Assembly: GCF_023055435.1 (NCBI RefSeq)
Contig: NW_025963890.1
Coordinates: 62,558,001-62,622,000, forward strand
Direction: 5' to 3'
Source: Haliotis rufescens
Lineage: Eukaryota
Length of the DNA: 64,000 bases
The notes beneath the pieces were generated by a model that was given only the letters and a program-made list of their open reading frames with translations, was not told the origin of the DNA and searched no databases. Of this stretch, positions 1 to 12,149 are shown piece by piece (positions within the stretch are counted from its first letter, which is position 1; each line of letters starts with the position of its first letter). A program made the position numbers and the translations under genes.

Positions 1-119
1 TGATGATCAGTTTTGCCAAGTTTCATCTTTTAACATGTCTCAAAGTATGTTTACAGTGTTTGGACAAATAAGGTTTCTCATATATCTATCCATGGTGACA
101 TTTCTTTTGCGGTTCAGTA
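1..119 (+). mobile_element. Right end of a Tc1/mariner element (same family as 54964-56513), continuing off the window
   Basis: Near-identical to 56394-56513. Ends in TIR GGTGACATTTCTTTTGCGGTTCAGTA followed by TA. Confidence 0.85.
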
Positions 120-124
120 TATAT

Positions 125-690
125 ATGACCTAATTTGTTTCAACAATGCCGGGATAAATGAACATTACCCGATGTATAAATCAAAGAATGGCAGAAAACA
201 TATTCAATGTCTTTTCTGAATCTGTACATGGACGGACTCTGCTGGCAGCCTCCATACCAAGTTTCATGACAAGAAGGATGATTTTGATTTACCAATCGTG
301 AACTTCCCTTTCATGTTGAGCAGTTATATCATCAGCTCCAGCTTAAGGTTTCTACATTTCTCAATTGTTTTGGTATGGCTGAAATATTACTGATGTGACT
401 TCAAATTTTAACTCACTCACCATTTCAATTGCTTTTGTACTTTCGAGCGTGTATATTTTATTCAGATTTTACGGAAAGTCACATTTCGGACTAAAGACCT
501 AAGCTTTTCAATTAGGGATTCGCCATCAAAGCCCAGTTTAGTTGTTCCAGAGCATTTTATGGTAGACATTCAGCAAAAATTACTTACAAATATTAGACGG
601 AGTTATCTCACCTCTGACTGTCGGGCGCTACCGGTAGATCAGGACATGCTTTCCCTTTTCGTGTCATCGCTGATTTTCAGTGATCCATTC
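125..690 (+). mobile_element. Decayed Penelope-like retroelement: C-terminal RT region plus 3' tail
   Basis: ~253-380 translates HTKFHDKKDDFDLPIVNFPFM..SAPA*GFYISQL, matching the LYDKRDDFxFxIVNFPFL..PAYGVYISQL pattern I associate with invertebrate PLE RTs. The repeated tail motif follows at ~620-690. Confidence 0.6.
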
Positions 691-701
691 ATACAATGTC
701 C

Positions 702-981
702 GTAAGTCCCCATGGTCCCTAGTATGGTGGCCTAACTTTGGTTGCTGGCGATCTACAGCCCGTTTTTATATTGTATCGTTTGTATTGTATCTGATTATTT
801 TATTGCTCTAAAACTAGTTTTAAAATTATAATCTGTGATATATTGCTGGTTGTTGTACTGTCTTTCGATGACAGCTTTTAATATATAATATAAATGCCTA
901 ACTTGTTCAACCTAGTTCACATCGCTATATGGCTGAAATATTGCCGATGCGATGTAAAATTTAACTCACTCACTCACTCAC
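702..981 (+). mobile_element. 5'-truncated LINE 3' UTR insertion with (ACTC)n tail
   Basis: Matches the LINE 3' UTR at ~21480-21610 and ~3315-3480. Flanked by a 13-bp TSD TCATACAATGTCC (689-701 and 982-994). Confidence 0.8.
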
Positions 982-1736
982 TCATACAATGTCCATTATG
1001 AATTTCCCTTTATGTCCTATAGACATATAGGCTGCTTTTTAAGGCTGATTATTCTCTAGCGTTGGCGTTTTGAAGTCCTTTGCAGTAAGCACGTATTATT
1101 TATACATCTTATGCATTGACGTGATAAACCTTTGTTACATCACCATCGAAAAACCATTTCTTTTTGTTTCATTTTAGCAACCATCAATCATCAAACATGG
1201 GTGTTATTACATGGGTGTAGTTTATTGTTGAACAACGTTTGTAACTGCGTTACATTGTTAAATTGTGTTTGGACAGTGATTAGTTGTCAGGAAGGTAGTG
1301 CTAATTATTGTAAGCACTTTTGAGCAAGTTACTGTATTAAGATGCTCGTGTGATATGTAAACTTCCGGAATACCGTGGACTGTGGTAGTGTGTTACAGAA
1401 ACATGTGGAATATTCTATATTGTGAGGGCAATGTGTGGAAGTTTCCAGTAGCTAGTTAGACGGTGTATTAGGGGACAAAAGCATGCCTGTCTTTCCCTCA
1501 CACATTTCATCACACATTTTCATCTGAGAATACATCAATGCAGCTTTCGTTTGAAGATCACCCCGGATTCCCTGCCTAGGCGTCGCCGCTGGGTGAATAT
1601 ACATTTATCACTGACTTTTACTATCACCACCGTATTTTCGTATTTGAATATTGTACAGCCACTCTATTGTGTGCTGCCATTGTAATTGCTGTGCCGTCAT
1701 TTGTATTGATTTGTGAACCCAGATAATTTTGTAATA

Positions 1737-2111
1737 TACTGCTCACAAAAAGTAGGGGATATTGAAATTAAAATCAGTGGCACAAAGACAGTAACATAGA
1801 GGCCTACAAAAAAAATATGTATGATTGAGGAAAAGCATACCGGGTTGGCCCACCATTAGCAGCCATGCTTGTTTGGCTGCTAATGGTGGGCCAACCCGGT
1901 ATTCACCCATTTATGACTTTTGGGTTTCTACCCCTCATGAACTTTCCCGTGTCTACAAAATGAAATTGCAGCTTGATCAAAGTCATTACTTTCAAAACTG
2001 TTTCTTAACATCTTTATTTCCACATTATTATTGTTTCCCAATGAAAATAAAACATAATTCTGAAGCTTTTCGTCGTAACTTTTCACTATCCCTTACTTTG
2101 TGTGAGCAGTA
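1737..2111. mobile_element. Tc1/mariner-type MITE with an internal perfect hairpin
   Basis: TIRs TACTGCTCACAAAAAGTAGGGGATA / TATCCCTTACTTTGTGTGAGCAGTA, TA on both sides (1735-36, 2112-13). 29-bp perfect inverted repeat at 1837-1902. Confidence 0.8.
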
Positions 2112-2364
2112 TATTTGTGGACTGTATACTATTTGTCGGTTCTATTATGTGCAGATTTCTGGGTTAACATACTGTTTCAATTTGGGAATCGACATGTAAC
2201 GTTGTTTTGACCGGCAGTTTACATCTATACAACATTTACTACTTCATTTAACTTTCTTTATTTGAAAATAAATGAAGTTGGGATGACAGAAGTTCTTGTT
2301 TGAACATTACGTATTCACAGTAGATACTTATTTGAGAAACAGGGAATGTCTGCTTAAAGAGTCA

Positions 2365-2530
2365 TTAACACAAACCAGGGCTCCATACACCGCCGTAGTA
2401 TGAGGTGTTTGCTCCAGGAACAGGGGCATTGCTCTGTGCCGGAACTATCAGCAACTATAAATACAATGTGAGGTGCACATTCACAGATAACAAAAGTCAG
2501 AACAATAAATACAGCATTTTCGAGACTCAT
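2365..2530 (-). pseudogene. Arylsulfatase B-like pseudogene with ~1.3 kb internal deletion
   Basis: Signal peptide plus PHIVFIVAD (ATG at 2530) joined at ~2446 to the last ~26 codons (VPAQSNAPVPGAN..YYGGVWSPGLC*). Upstream 2575-2970 parallels the upstream of the 8350-9798 copy. Confidence 0.9.
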
Positions 2531-2971
2531 TTTGCGTCTGCTCAGTGTCGTACATTGTGCTTCTATATAAGGAGAACCTAAATCTTGCATTCCTTACAGA
2601 AAGATAAACTACAATATGGCATTTTAGTTCGAGATGAGGACCACTTTATGAACGTCGCTTTAAGCAAAAATTAATTTCCATTATCTGTAAGATAAGATTC
2701 ATAGATTACATTAAAAACATATTTTCATCGAATTGGAAGAACTCAATCAGCCATGGTATTTTTTTACCTGTAGGAACTATACGTGCTTGTATCTCATATA
2801 TGTTCAATGCCATACATAAACACTGAACACATTGAAGTCATTTATAATGCAATTTGTAGTCCCTGCTTTGTTAATGAGCTTCATTCGTCTTGGGTGTACT
2901 GCAATGCGTGTTGGTCCTGTAAGACCTGTGCAAAGTTGAAATCAGTACCCCACCATTGGATTTCTTGTTTA

Positions 2972-3663
2972 AGAATACTCATGAATATTTATTAAAAGGT
3001 GAGGATTCTCCGTTCTGCATCCTTTGTGATGAAAGAATCACGGTCAAGCATGACCTGATTAGATTTTTCCATCACAAGGTTTGACTATTTCAACGTTTCA
3101 TCGCTCAAGGATCTTTTTAACAATATCAGCTCTCATTTAGTGATTGGTTTATTAAAAGAAATAGAATTATTAAGTAATTTTGAAACATATGTTTTGTAAT
3201 TTTTAATCGTAGAATATATGTTACTTCAACTTTGGCTTAATTTGTCAATAATTGCCAACAGCTGAAGGGATGATGTAAACCCGGCTGGGGTCCATGCAGG
3301 TAGCAAAAGTACTGTAAGTCCCCATGGGCCCTTGTATGTAACTTTGGTTGCTGGTGATCACTAGCCAATTTTGATAATGTATTGTTCCGAATATTCACAG
3401 TTTTATGGTAACACACTAGTCATAAATCTATACCTGTTATAATCTAGTGCTTTTACTGTCCTTCGTCGACAGATTTTATGGATTTCATTCTCATGGTTTC
3501 ACGAAAGTGATAAACGTCTGAGACCTGCATCACTTCGGGTATTCCCCCCACATAAAGCTGACACGCCGTGGTATAACTCGGTATTGTTCAAAGCAGTGTT
3601 AGTCACGATATCGATATGGCTGAAATATTGCCGATGTAACTTAAAATTTTAACTCACTCACTC
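2972..3663 (+). mobile_element. 3' fragment of the I/Nimb-type LINE (C-terminal CCHC region, 3' UTR and tail)
   Basis: KGEDSPFCILCDERITVKH matches 20994-21176. 3' UTR matches 21360-21610. Tail GATATGGCTGAAATATTGCCGATG..AACTCACTCACTC. Confidence 0.8.
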
Positions 3664-3809
3664 TTTTCATCCCACATTATCATGGGGTCCGCGTTAAGAT
3701 GAATCTTTCGAAAATGTTTTCAAAATCTTACAGCAGATAAAATGCCACCTGGGGTGACTTACCTTGACATCAATTCCTAACAAGGTATCATTGCCACATT
3801 CTTTGGTTA

Positions 3810-5615
3810 GGCGACACTTTTTTTGTTTCTTGGTTTACGGATTTCAAACTCATTTCAAAAGTGAGGCAGGCCAATTAAAAACAAAAAACAAAAAAAACCT
3901 CTCACGTTTTTTTTACCTGAATTTTGTCCTAAAAAGTTAGGTAGGTATGAAAAAAAATATCCTGGCGTAATAAAAGTAAAATAACTCAATTTTTCAAGAA
4001 CATTTTTTTTATATCCCTGGCACTCAGCTTGTGCAAGGATGGCAACATAACAATATTCATGTCATGGGTGGAAATGCATGAAAGACGCTGCTATTTTGGC
4101 AGCATGGGCAACGTTTAACTCTTTCAACACCAGCCAACCAGAAGATTACTGCTGTGACACCAAGTTCCCAGAGACTGTTGTGTGATAGATGAAACCAACA
4201 TGTATCAAGGAATTATCTGCTGAAATTAACATCTTTGCTACTACATGTTTGGCCATACACTATTTGAAAGGTCTAATTAATCCTATCGTTTATAAATATG
4301 AAAGTTATGTGTATTTCATTATTTAAATAATTCATGAACAACTAAATAAAGTTTGTTTTAAATAAATAATAATGTAAGCTAAAACATTCATAACGTCCAA
4401 ATTTAGCGCAAATCTAACGATTTTTTCGGCAAATATAAGAATTCATAAAATCCACTTACCTATTTCTTTTTAATTTTCATTTGTTTACGTTGTTGGAACA
4501 TTATTTTAAAAAGAATTACAAATAATATCTGTCATCACCCATTTCCCGATGATAGTGGCTGTCCGCTCACTAACATGAGGAAATACCTCGGTTTTCAAAG
4601 CTTCGTATGAATAACACATACGTCCTGCCATGTCAGTATACATTAAAAAAACTTCTATTGTTTCACCGACAAAATCTGCTACAAGGTTCGTGATTGGTCA
4701 AATTTAAGCACGTGACCTAAGGCAGCTAATCAAATTACAGCAACGATAATTTTCAGACTTTGGCGAAAGGTTTGGGTTAAATCATGTTATTCTGAACATT
4801 TTAGCATGAAATCGCGATCTATATTAAAAATATGGAACTTTATGGATGCATAGAGCTAAGTTACGAGCTGTGACAAAGATTTCTTATGCATATATTTTGG
4901 CATTAAGACATCGTGTCCGAGCCGAGAAATCGAGGCGACGAAAGCCGAGATGTCATTTGACTTACGATATGCGATCGCACGAAAAGTTGGAAATAATACT
5001 TTTATAGATATATTTTTGATGATTTTATTACTTTGTAAATAAAGACGTTTCAGCGCGTGAAACGTCTTTATTTTGCTATTTGACATGTTCGATGAGGACC
5101 CGTTGTCGAAGTGTGCCCGAGAATTTTATTTTCAATAACATTGCGGGAAATAGTGTCAAGTGAATACATTTTTAATCTATAGATAAAAAAATGATAAAAT
5201 CAAATGGAATACGTATTTCAGACATTGTGAATTGTGATAGATTTAATAAATGAATGATATGACAAGTAGGTTAATATAATTATAAACTATTTTGACGATA
5301 CTTGGACGGTCTACCGTGCGGTGTGACTTGTGGCTTTGAACGGCCAACAGTGTTGAAATAGTTAAACTGGTCACCACTGCGCTTTGCGTTGACAAGCTTT
5401 GATGGTATTAGAGAAGGTTCCCAGCAAGAAATATCAGAGTGACTTCCCTTTGCTTTCCGCTTGACGAGGAAAAGAAATCTTTTTTAGTTTGAACTTTTTG
5501 TCGAAAAGATCGGCGGTAATAAAAAAAGGGTAATTTTCATTTTTATTTTTTTTTAACATTTGGACTTTGAAAGAGCGGCGCATCCGTAAACCAAGAAATA
5601 AAAAAAAATGTCGCC
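3810..5615. mobile_element. PIF/Harbinger-type MITE containing a nested TTAA element
   Basis: ~33-bp TIRs GGCGACAC(T)nGTTTCTTGGTTTACGGAT / ATCCGTAAACCAAGAAAT(A)nTGTCGCC. TTA TSD at 3807-09 and 5616-18. Paralogous empty site ..GTGC-TTA-TCTACAAA at 53750-52. Confidence 0.85.
4119..5361. mobile_element. Non-autonomous piggyBac-like element nested in the Harbinger MITE
   Basis: TTAA at 4115-18 and 5362-65. Termini CTCTTTCAACAC / GTGTTGAAATAG are inverted matches at 11 of 12 positions. No coding capacity seen. Confidence 0.6.
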
Positions 5616-5769
5616 TTATCTACAAATGTGCGATTTGTCAGTGAATATTTTAACCACGCTGCATATTGCAGTTAGATAATGTCTCATAAAACTTAAATTG
5701 TTTAACATAATTTGCATAAAATGGAAATATAAATAAAAATAACTAATTCTAACAGATGTGTCCTGGAAT

Positions 5770-6545
5770 GTTGTGGTTTTCTGTGTGAGCAATATTCCAG
5801 CTGCTCCGGACTTTGGGGTCCACATGTCACAACTTTTGAGGCATAAATCGAGCACTCTCTTTCCACAAATATTTCAAAGAGCATGATACGATTCGTGTTC
5901 AAAATTTGTTTTGTTAAGGTTTCAACATTCAGGCCTTAGTAAAGCTTTCAAAAGGTTTCACGGTAGACATGTGGATGACATTTCAAAATTTGACGCATGA
6001 ATGACAAAAATGATGTCTGATGGAAACCCCTATTTTGACTTGTACCATATGTCCCTGTGTATTTTAAGGTGAACAAGCAGCAGAATATCTTCACTTGTAC
6101 ACAGCAAGCGTAATGTGTTTCTTAAATGAACATATCGTTTTAAGTTCAACAAATTCAGTAAATGCCCTATCGTGTCACTTGATTGTCTGGTTTGTTGGCA
6201 GGACTCTTGCTGTGCAGCGTCAGGGAACTAACAAATATTTACTTTCTTTTTGCAAATTATGTGAGTGGCTTGTGCTACCAGTGGGACTGGACATGCCTAA
6301 CCTTTTCTAGAACACCCAGTGTCATCACCGTTTTTCTCTGAACCAATTATACAATTTTTCAAAGCTATTTTGTCTTTTACGCAAAGTGGAATGTGTTTTC
6401 GAGGTATAATCAAGACTGACTATCCTATGGCTGTGACGTTTTATATTTATGACTATGACTGATGCCACAGAATAAACTGACCGTTTGGTGAACACCTGGT
6501 AGTATCGCTATTTGATAATCATTCATCATATAGTCATACAAGTGA
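5770..6545 (+). mobile_element. Decayed Penelope-like RT C-terminus plus tandem 3' tail motifs (paralogues at ~12585-13030, 18260-19150, 25020-25870, 47790-48860, 53890-54740)
   Basis: SNIPAAPDFGVHMSQLLRHKSST..GF..L.KAFKRFHGRH, followed by GGTGC(C/T)ACC..GGA(T/C)A..GAACACC motifs. Confidence 0.6.
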
Positions 6546-6598
6546 CTTTTCCTTTAATGGAGCTGAATTATGATCATGAAAAGTTTTTTTTCGTTTCT

Positions 6599-7625
6599 AT
6601 TAGCTCACCGGGTCCAAAGGACCAAGGTGAGATTTTATGCCATACCGTTGTGTCCATCGTCCGTTCGTCCGCCCGTCGTCCGTACGTCAACATTTTTTTC
6701 AAACGACTTTTGGTTCTGTACCACTTGTTTGAAATTATCGAAATTTGACTGGAAGCATTTCTTGGCAGTGTGGAATCAAAATTGTACAAATGGTGTGGCT
6801 GACCCCCAAAGGGGCTGAGGAGCGGGGCCAAATAGGGGTAATTTGGCAATATTGCTTTAAAAGACTTCTTCTCTGTATCTAAGAGATAGATATCAACCAT
6901 ATATGGTTGGAAGCATTCTCCAGTGGTTAGAATTCAAAATTGTACAAATGGAAGGACTTATCACCCCCCAAGGGGCTGTGGGGCGGGGCCAAATATGGGT
7001 AATTTGGCGTTATTGCTTTAAACGACTTTTTATCTGAGAAAAGAGATCGACATCAACCATATTTAGTTGGAAGTATTCTCGGGCTAGACCCCCTAGGAGC
7101 TGAGGGGCAGGGCCAAAAAAGAGTTTATAACTTTGACACATTTATGATCCCCACCGTATAACAATACCTTCAAATGCTGCGTATAATAAAATGAATGCAC
7201 ATATGCTACAAGGACTGGCCCTTTTGTTTATCTGTCCGGGACTCCCAAAGGAGTAATAACCTTGACCAAAACATGCAAACCGATATTATCCCCACCCTAT
7301 AATAAACAGATACATTGTACACTTTTGTTTGTTTTAAAGAGAATAATACACTTATGCCAATAGGATTCGCCCTGGGACCCAGCCTTGCCTCTGGAAACTT
7401 AGATCCTGGATCATAACATGGAAACGGTTCAGATATTTATGCAACATTTGTATCTAGAGAAGTACCTGTTCATGCTGTCAGATTTGCCATCCACCCCTTT
7501 TAAATCCTGACAGAGTCAAAATTACCAAATATTTGCAGTATTATATACATGTACCATTCAAATGTATATTTTGTCATGATTGCGTAAATATCCCGGTGAG
7601 CGATAAAGGCCCTTTGGCCTTTTGT
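6599..7625 (+). mobile_element. Helentron-associated non-autonomous element (HINE / DINE-1 / pearl-like)
   Basis: 5' TTAGCTCACC subTIR, (GTCC)-rich microsatellite, ~2.5 tandem ~160-bp core repeats, 3' GGTGAGC subTIR and short palindrome AGGCC-CTTT-GGCCT. T-rich insertion site; absent from the paralogous spacer near 54780. Confidence 0.8.
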
Positions 7626-8349
7626 TTATTCATTTATTCATATAAATAGCATGTGATTGATATCATAACAATATTAATCCGACCTATATCACATATTTCA
7701 ATCCAAAAGTTCAAAAGTCGAAGCTCCAAAATGGAAACAAGAACGACAAAACCACTCAGCTATCGGTTTCAGTGAATGAAAAATACGTTTCATCTTAGTA
7801 GACCTAAGAGAGGCTTTATCATACCTTGGCCTCTGTGTTTGTTCATTGTTGAATGTAAATGTGTCCCAAAAATGTAACCCAATGCGTCTGTGTCTGTGTG
7901 GTTCTGGCGAAGATGGTGGCACACAAATGTAAGTGCCAACATGATAAACACCTACACGTCTATATCCCAAAATTCGCAGATCCGAATACTATCAGGATAC
8001 TGTTCATAACTTAATCTTCTTCTGGCCCATTTAATTTTAATTTATTTTTATTTAATTTTTTTATTAAGTCCTGGATAAAAATTGTTCACTCGATTTCCTG
8101 ACACGATGTGTTGGCTCTATGACCACGCAAATTATCCAAGGTGCCTTCAATAGTGCTCCTAAATCCATTATTGTAACCTCTTTTATTAACAAAACATGTT
8201 CTAAAATACAGAGTGTTCTATATTTGAAGACAAATGAAGTTATTGCGGTTAAGACTCGATTTGACAAGTAGGTGTGACAGTTCGTATTCTGAACATCAAT
8301 CCAGTGTTAACGAATTTTTCTGTGAGGAAGTGTCTGTTTGAAAGAGTCA

Positions 8350-9798
8350 TTAACACCAGCCTGGACTCCATACACCGCCGTAGTATTCAGGGTTTGCTGC
8401 AGGAACACCAGCATTGCTCTGCGCCGGAACACGGGACTTCTTCCAGTTCTCCAGCCTCTTCTTCATCATGTCCACTAACTCAGGGTACGTCGCTGAGAGG
8501 TCGAAATGTTCAGTTGGATCTGCAGTAATGTTGTACAGCATGAAGGGAGGGAAGGTTTGGTTATCAGCTTCATAGACATCTTCGTCAATTCCCACATGTG
8601 GCAAAGGAGCCCAGCCATTGTGATCACCCGGACTCCCTTGCATGAGCTTGAGATCTCCGTACCTTACGGCAGCTGCTTCCCGCTCGTCATATATGTTGTA
8701 GACGAACTCATTCCGTTTGGTGGGCCCACCATTGATGAGCATGTCGTACTGGCTGACTCCGTCCATGTTGGGGTCTGTGTTCTCTCCACCAGCCAGCTCC
8801 ACAAACGTCGGGTACCAGTCCACAGCATGCATCATTCCAGTGTTAAGATAACCCGTCTTCTTCAGAAGGGTTTTACTGTAGATGAATCCTGTGCCTTTCG
8901 TTCCCCCTTCCCACAGAGTATTTTTAGCTCCTCGTAAAGGCAAGTTATTAGCAGCAAGAAATGTAGGACCGCCATTATCGGTTGTAAAGACTAACAAAAG
9001 ATTGTCCATGAGACCTTTGCCTTCTAAAGCCTTCGTAATGTTTCCCACAGCTTCATCCAAAGCACTCACCATTCCACAATAGATTCTTCTCTTTATGTTT
9101 TCTATGTTCTTGTACATGTTTTCATATTTAGCTGGAACTTGATGAGGTGTATGAACAGACTGGAATGGAAGGTATAGATAAAGTGGTTTACTTTTGTCGT
9201 GGTTTGTAATGATTTCAACAGCCCTGTTAGCAAACACATTTGCAGAATAGGTCCCATTGGCGTCTCTATATGCAGTCTTGTTGAGGTGAAAATCCAGTCC
9301 TACTTCACCTTTGACTTCCTTCATCTTTCTCAGGTGGGTAAAATAGTCCTCTGAACCAGTGTAAAATCCAAGATAGGAGTCAAAGCCTCTCTCTGTGGGT
9401 GTATATTTCCAGTTACAGAATCCAAGATGCCACTTCCCAACCATATGAGCAGCATAGCCGAGTTGTTTCAGTTTCTGTGGAATTGTTATTAGATTGGCTG
9501 GCATGTATTTCGCTGCGTCGTCGTCGATAACGCCATCCTGTAGTCCAGTGTGATAGGGGAAATATCCTGACATGAAGCAGTTTCTGGAGGGTGAACACAA
9601 AGGCTGTACGTAAGAAGAGTTGAGGATGACTCCAGCTTTGGCCAGTCTGTCCAGGTTAGGGGTGATCATTTGAGGGTTCCGAAACCCAACATCATTCCAG
9701 CCGAGGTCATCCGCGACAATGAATACAATGTGAGGTTTCTCAGCATACGCACAAGTGAAAAAAATCAGAACAAGGAACACAGTTGTTAAAAGATTCAT
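8350..9798 (-). CDS. ARSB: Arylsulfatase B-like sulfatase, intronless, signal peptide, 482 aa (copy A)
   Basis: Signal peptide MNLLTTVFLVLIFFTCAYA; PHIVFIVADDLG; FGly motif CSPSR; GKWHLG; SVH; TTDNGG; PLRGAKxTLWEGG. Start set at the ATG (9798) aligned with all paralogues. Confidence 0.95.
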   Translation of the reverse strand: MNLLTTVFLVLIFFTCAYAEKPHIVFIVADDLGWNDVGFRNPQMITPNLDRLAKAGVILNSSYVQPLCSPSRNCFMSGYFPYHTGLQDGVIDDDAAKYMPANLITIPQKLKQLGYAAHMVGKWHLGFCNWKYTPTERGFDSYLGFYTGSEDYFTHLRKMKEVKGEVGLDFHLNKTAYRDANGTYSANVFANRAVEIITNHDKSKPLYLYLPFQSVHTPHQVPAKYENMYKNIENIKRRIYCGMVSALDEAVGNITKALEGKGLMDNLLLVFTTDNGGPTFLAANNLPLRGAKNTLWEGGTKGTGFIYSKTLLKKTGYLNTGMMHAVDWYPTFVELAGGENTDPNMDGVSQYDMLINGGPTKRNEFVYNIYDEREAAAVRYGDLKLMQGSPGDHNGWAPLPHVGIDEDVYEADNQTFPPFMLYNITADPTEHFDLSATYPELVDMMKKRLENWKKSRVPAQSNAGVPAANPEYYGGVWSPGWC

Positions 9799-10357
9799 TT
9801 TGATTCTGCGTAATGCAAGGAGTGTGCTGCTATTTAACGTATTCTGACAGATAACATACATCGTGACGAACCTAGATCTTGCATTCCTCCCGGTGAGATA
9901 AAATACAACCTAATCTTTAAGTTCGAGATGTAGACCACTTTATTTATGTTGTTTTGAGCAAAAAATGCATTTACATTATCTATAATTACATTCAAAACAT
10001 ATTTTCATCGAATTGAAAGAACTCAATCAGCCAATTCTACTTTACCTGTGGGAATACTACATGCTTGTATCTCATGTATGTTCAATGCTATACATAAAGA
10101 TTGAACACGTTAAAGTCATTTGTAATGCGATTTGTAGTCCCAGCTTCGTTAGTCTTGGATGTTCTGCAATGCCTGTTCCAGTAAGACTTGTACAAAGTTA
10201 AACTCAGTACCTCACTGTTGGATATCTTGTTTAAGACAACGTAACCCGACCGACCATTCAATAGTGTTTCAGCAGCTGTTTGAAGACATGCAATTCTTTT
10301 CCTTGAAAGAAGAAGGCGACAATCTTTTTATACTTTTTCACTCCCACTCTTACACTT

Positions 10358-10592
10358 ACGCCGCACTCAGCAATATTCCAGCTATATGACGGCGGTCTGT
10401 AAATAATCGAGTCTGGACCAGACAATCCAGTGATTGACATCATGAGCATCGATCCACGCAATTAGGATACGGTGACATGCATCAACCAAGTTGTCGAGCC
10501 TGACCACCTGATCCCGTTTGTCGCCTCTTACGAGAAGCATAGTCGCCTTTTAGGACAAGCGTTGGTTGCAGAAGTACCTATTCTACCCCAGA
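10358..10592 (-). mobile_element. SINE family 1 (CCCGTGAAGATCC-headed, no tRNA boxes seen)
   Basis: Reverse complement of the element at 47968-48232. Other copies at ~11475-11655(+), 14645-14840(-), 19425-19632(+), 21770-21960(-), 35397-35530(+), 41160-41370(+). Confidence 0.85.
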
Positions 10593-12149
10593 ACACGATA
10601 TGTTGAGATTGACAGGTATTGGTTTTAATCACCATTAATCATTTTGAAGTCCTTTGAATACTAAGTGTAATTGTATTTAGGATATTCATCTTACATGGGG
10701 ATAATAATAATGTAGAGGGGGCAAGGGCCCCATCAATGCGGTTATTACCAATCCCTGTTTCAACTACAGATATCTCGAAGTAGACAACTGTTGTCCCGAA
10801 TATACTGACCATAATTGACCTATGCTCACATTATATTGCATAAACTGTGAGGACTTGTTATTTCGTTTCTGATAGGCCAGGAAACGTTGCCTTTTTGGGT
10901 GGGGTAGGGGGTGTTACTATGTACCCATGTCGTCAATCCCGAAGGATTCACGTGAAACCAGTAACCGTGAAATGTAACCGCCTGATTGCCCCGTCTGTAA
11001 CCTGACTGTTGAAAAGTTTCAGTTTATGTTTATTTGCCAGGTATATAACAAAATAAGAATGGACTATTTACCCGCCTGGTCATTTGCATGCATTTTCCAC
11101 CCCACATTAGGCTCACACGCCGTGATATAACCGGAATACTGTTCAAAGCGGCGTTAAACCCAACTCATTCACACTCTTAATCCTTCATGTCATGGGGGTC
11201 GGCGTACATATGATTCTTTGGAAAATGTGTTCAAGATCTCACAGCAGATAAAATTCCACGTGGGTTGAGTTACTTTGACATAAATTCCTTCAGAGGTATG
11301 AGGCTATCAATTTCACATTCTTTGCTTGTCTACAAATATGTAACCTCATTGCATGTCTGATAATACTTAAAATGTTTTCGACTTATGGGATAGGTCTAGA
11401 TGTAAAAATATGGGTATAGGAATATTCCTTTCGTCAACATGATAGTGAATTCCAGCTTTACCCCATTCCCCCATTAACCTATGCTTGTTGTGAGATGTGA
11501 CGTAATAGGTCAGGTGGTCAGGTTCGGAGACATTGGTTGGTTGCGGGTCATCATACCCAGACTGAGTGGTTCATTGCTCATGATATTAACCAATCACTGG
11601 TTCAGACTCCATGGCAGATCGCCATATACATGGAATATTGCGGCGGTAAACGAAAAAAAGAAGAAAGAACAAAAGACTTTAAATGGACCAGTAGGTAACT
11701 TAGGGTAATTAACGTGCCTTCACATTAGGCTTTACAAATATGTTCATGACCCCGTGGTATATATCTAGATGATAAAACATGGTTATCGGGATACACTTTG
11801 TGCCGACGTTGTTCAACATGTTGTTTATATCACATCTGTTTGCTTCATGGAATGGACGATACCCAAAGGCTGGAAGACCCTTAAGAAACATGTGACCTAA
11901 ACACGTCACAATGAGATTCCTATTTGGCCCAGAAGTGTTATAACTTACACTACAACTTATAACTGAACAGAAAAATACATAATGGGTGATGTAATGGGTA
12001 ATCCCGCGATGCTTAAATATATTCAATAATGTAGGCCTGGTTTGGCATTCAGCAACGTTTTTACTGGACACCCGATGGCTACCTTAAATTTGCATGGCCG
12101 TCTCTTGATCTGTTTGGAAGATGTTAAAAGCTGGGACTGAATTCTAAAG

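Noticed and set aside
8506-9082. Recurrent plus-strand ORFs (143 aa, 66 aa and similar) opposite each sulfatase copy
   Set aside because: Antisense shadows that recur only because the sense genes are near-identical. Many use non-ATG starts and show no motifs.
8350-9798. Bacterial origin (HGT or contamination) suggested by the lack of introns
   Set aside because: The sequence follows metazoan ARSB closely (YLPFQSVH.P.QVP, GKWHLG, C-terminal VW.P.W) and is embedded among animal SINEs and LINEs. A phylogeny would be needed to exclude it formally.
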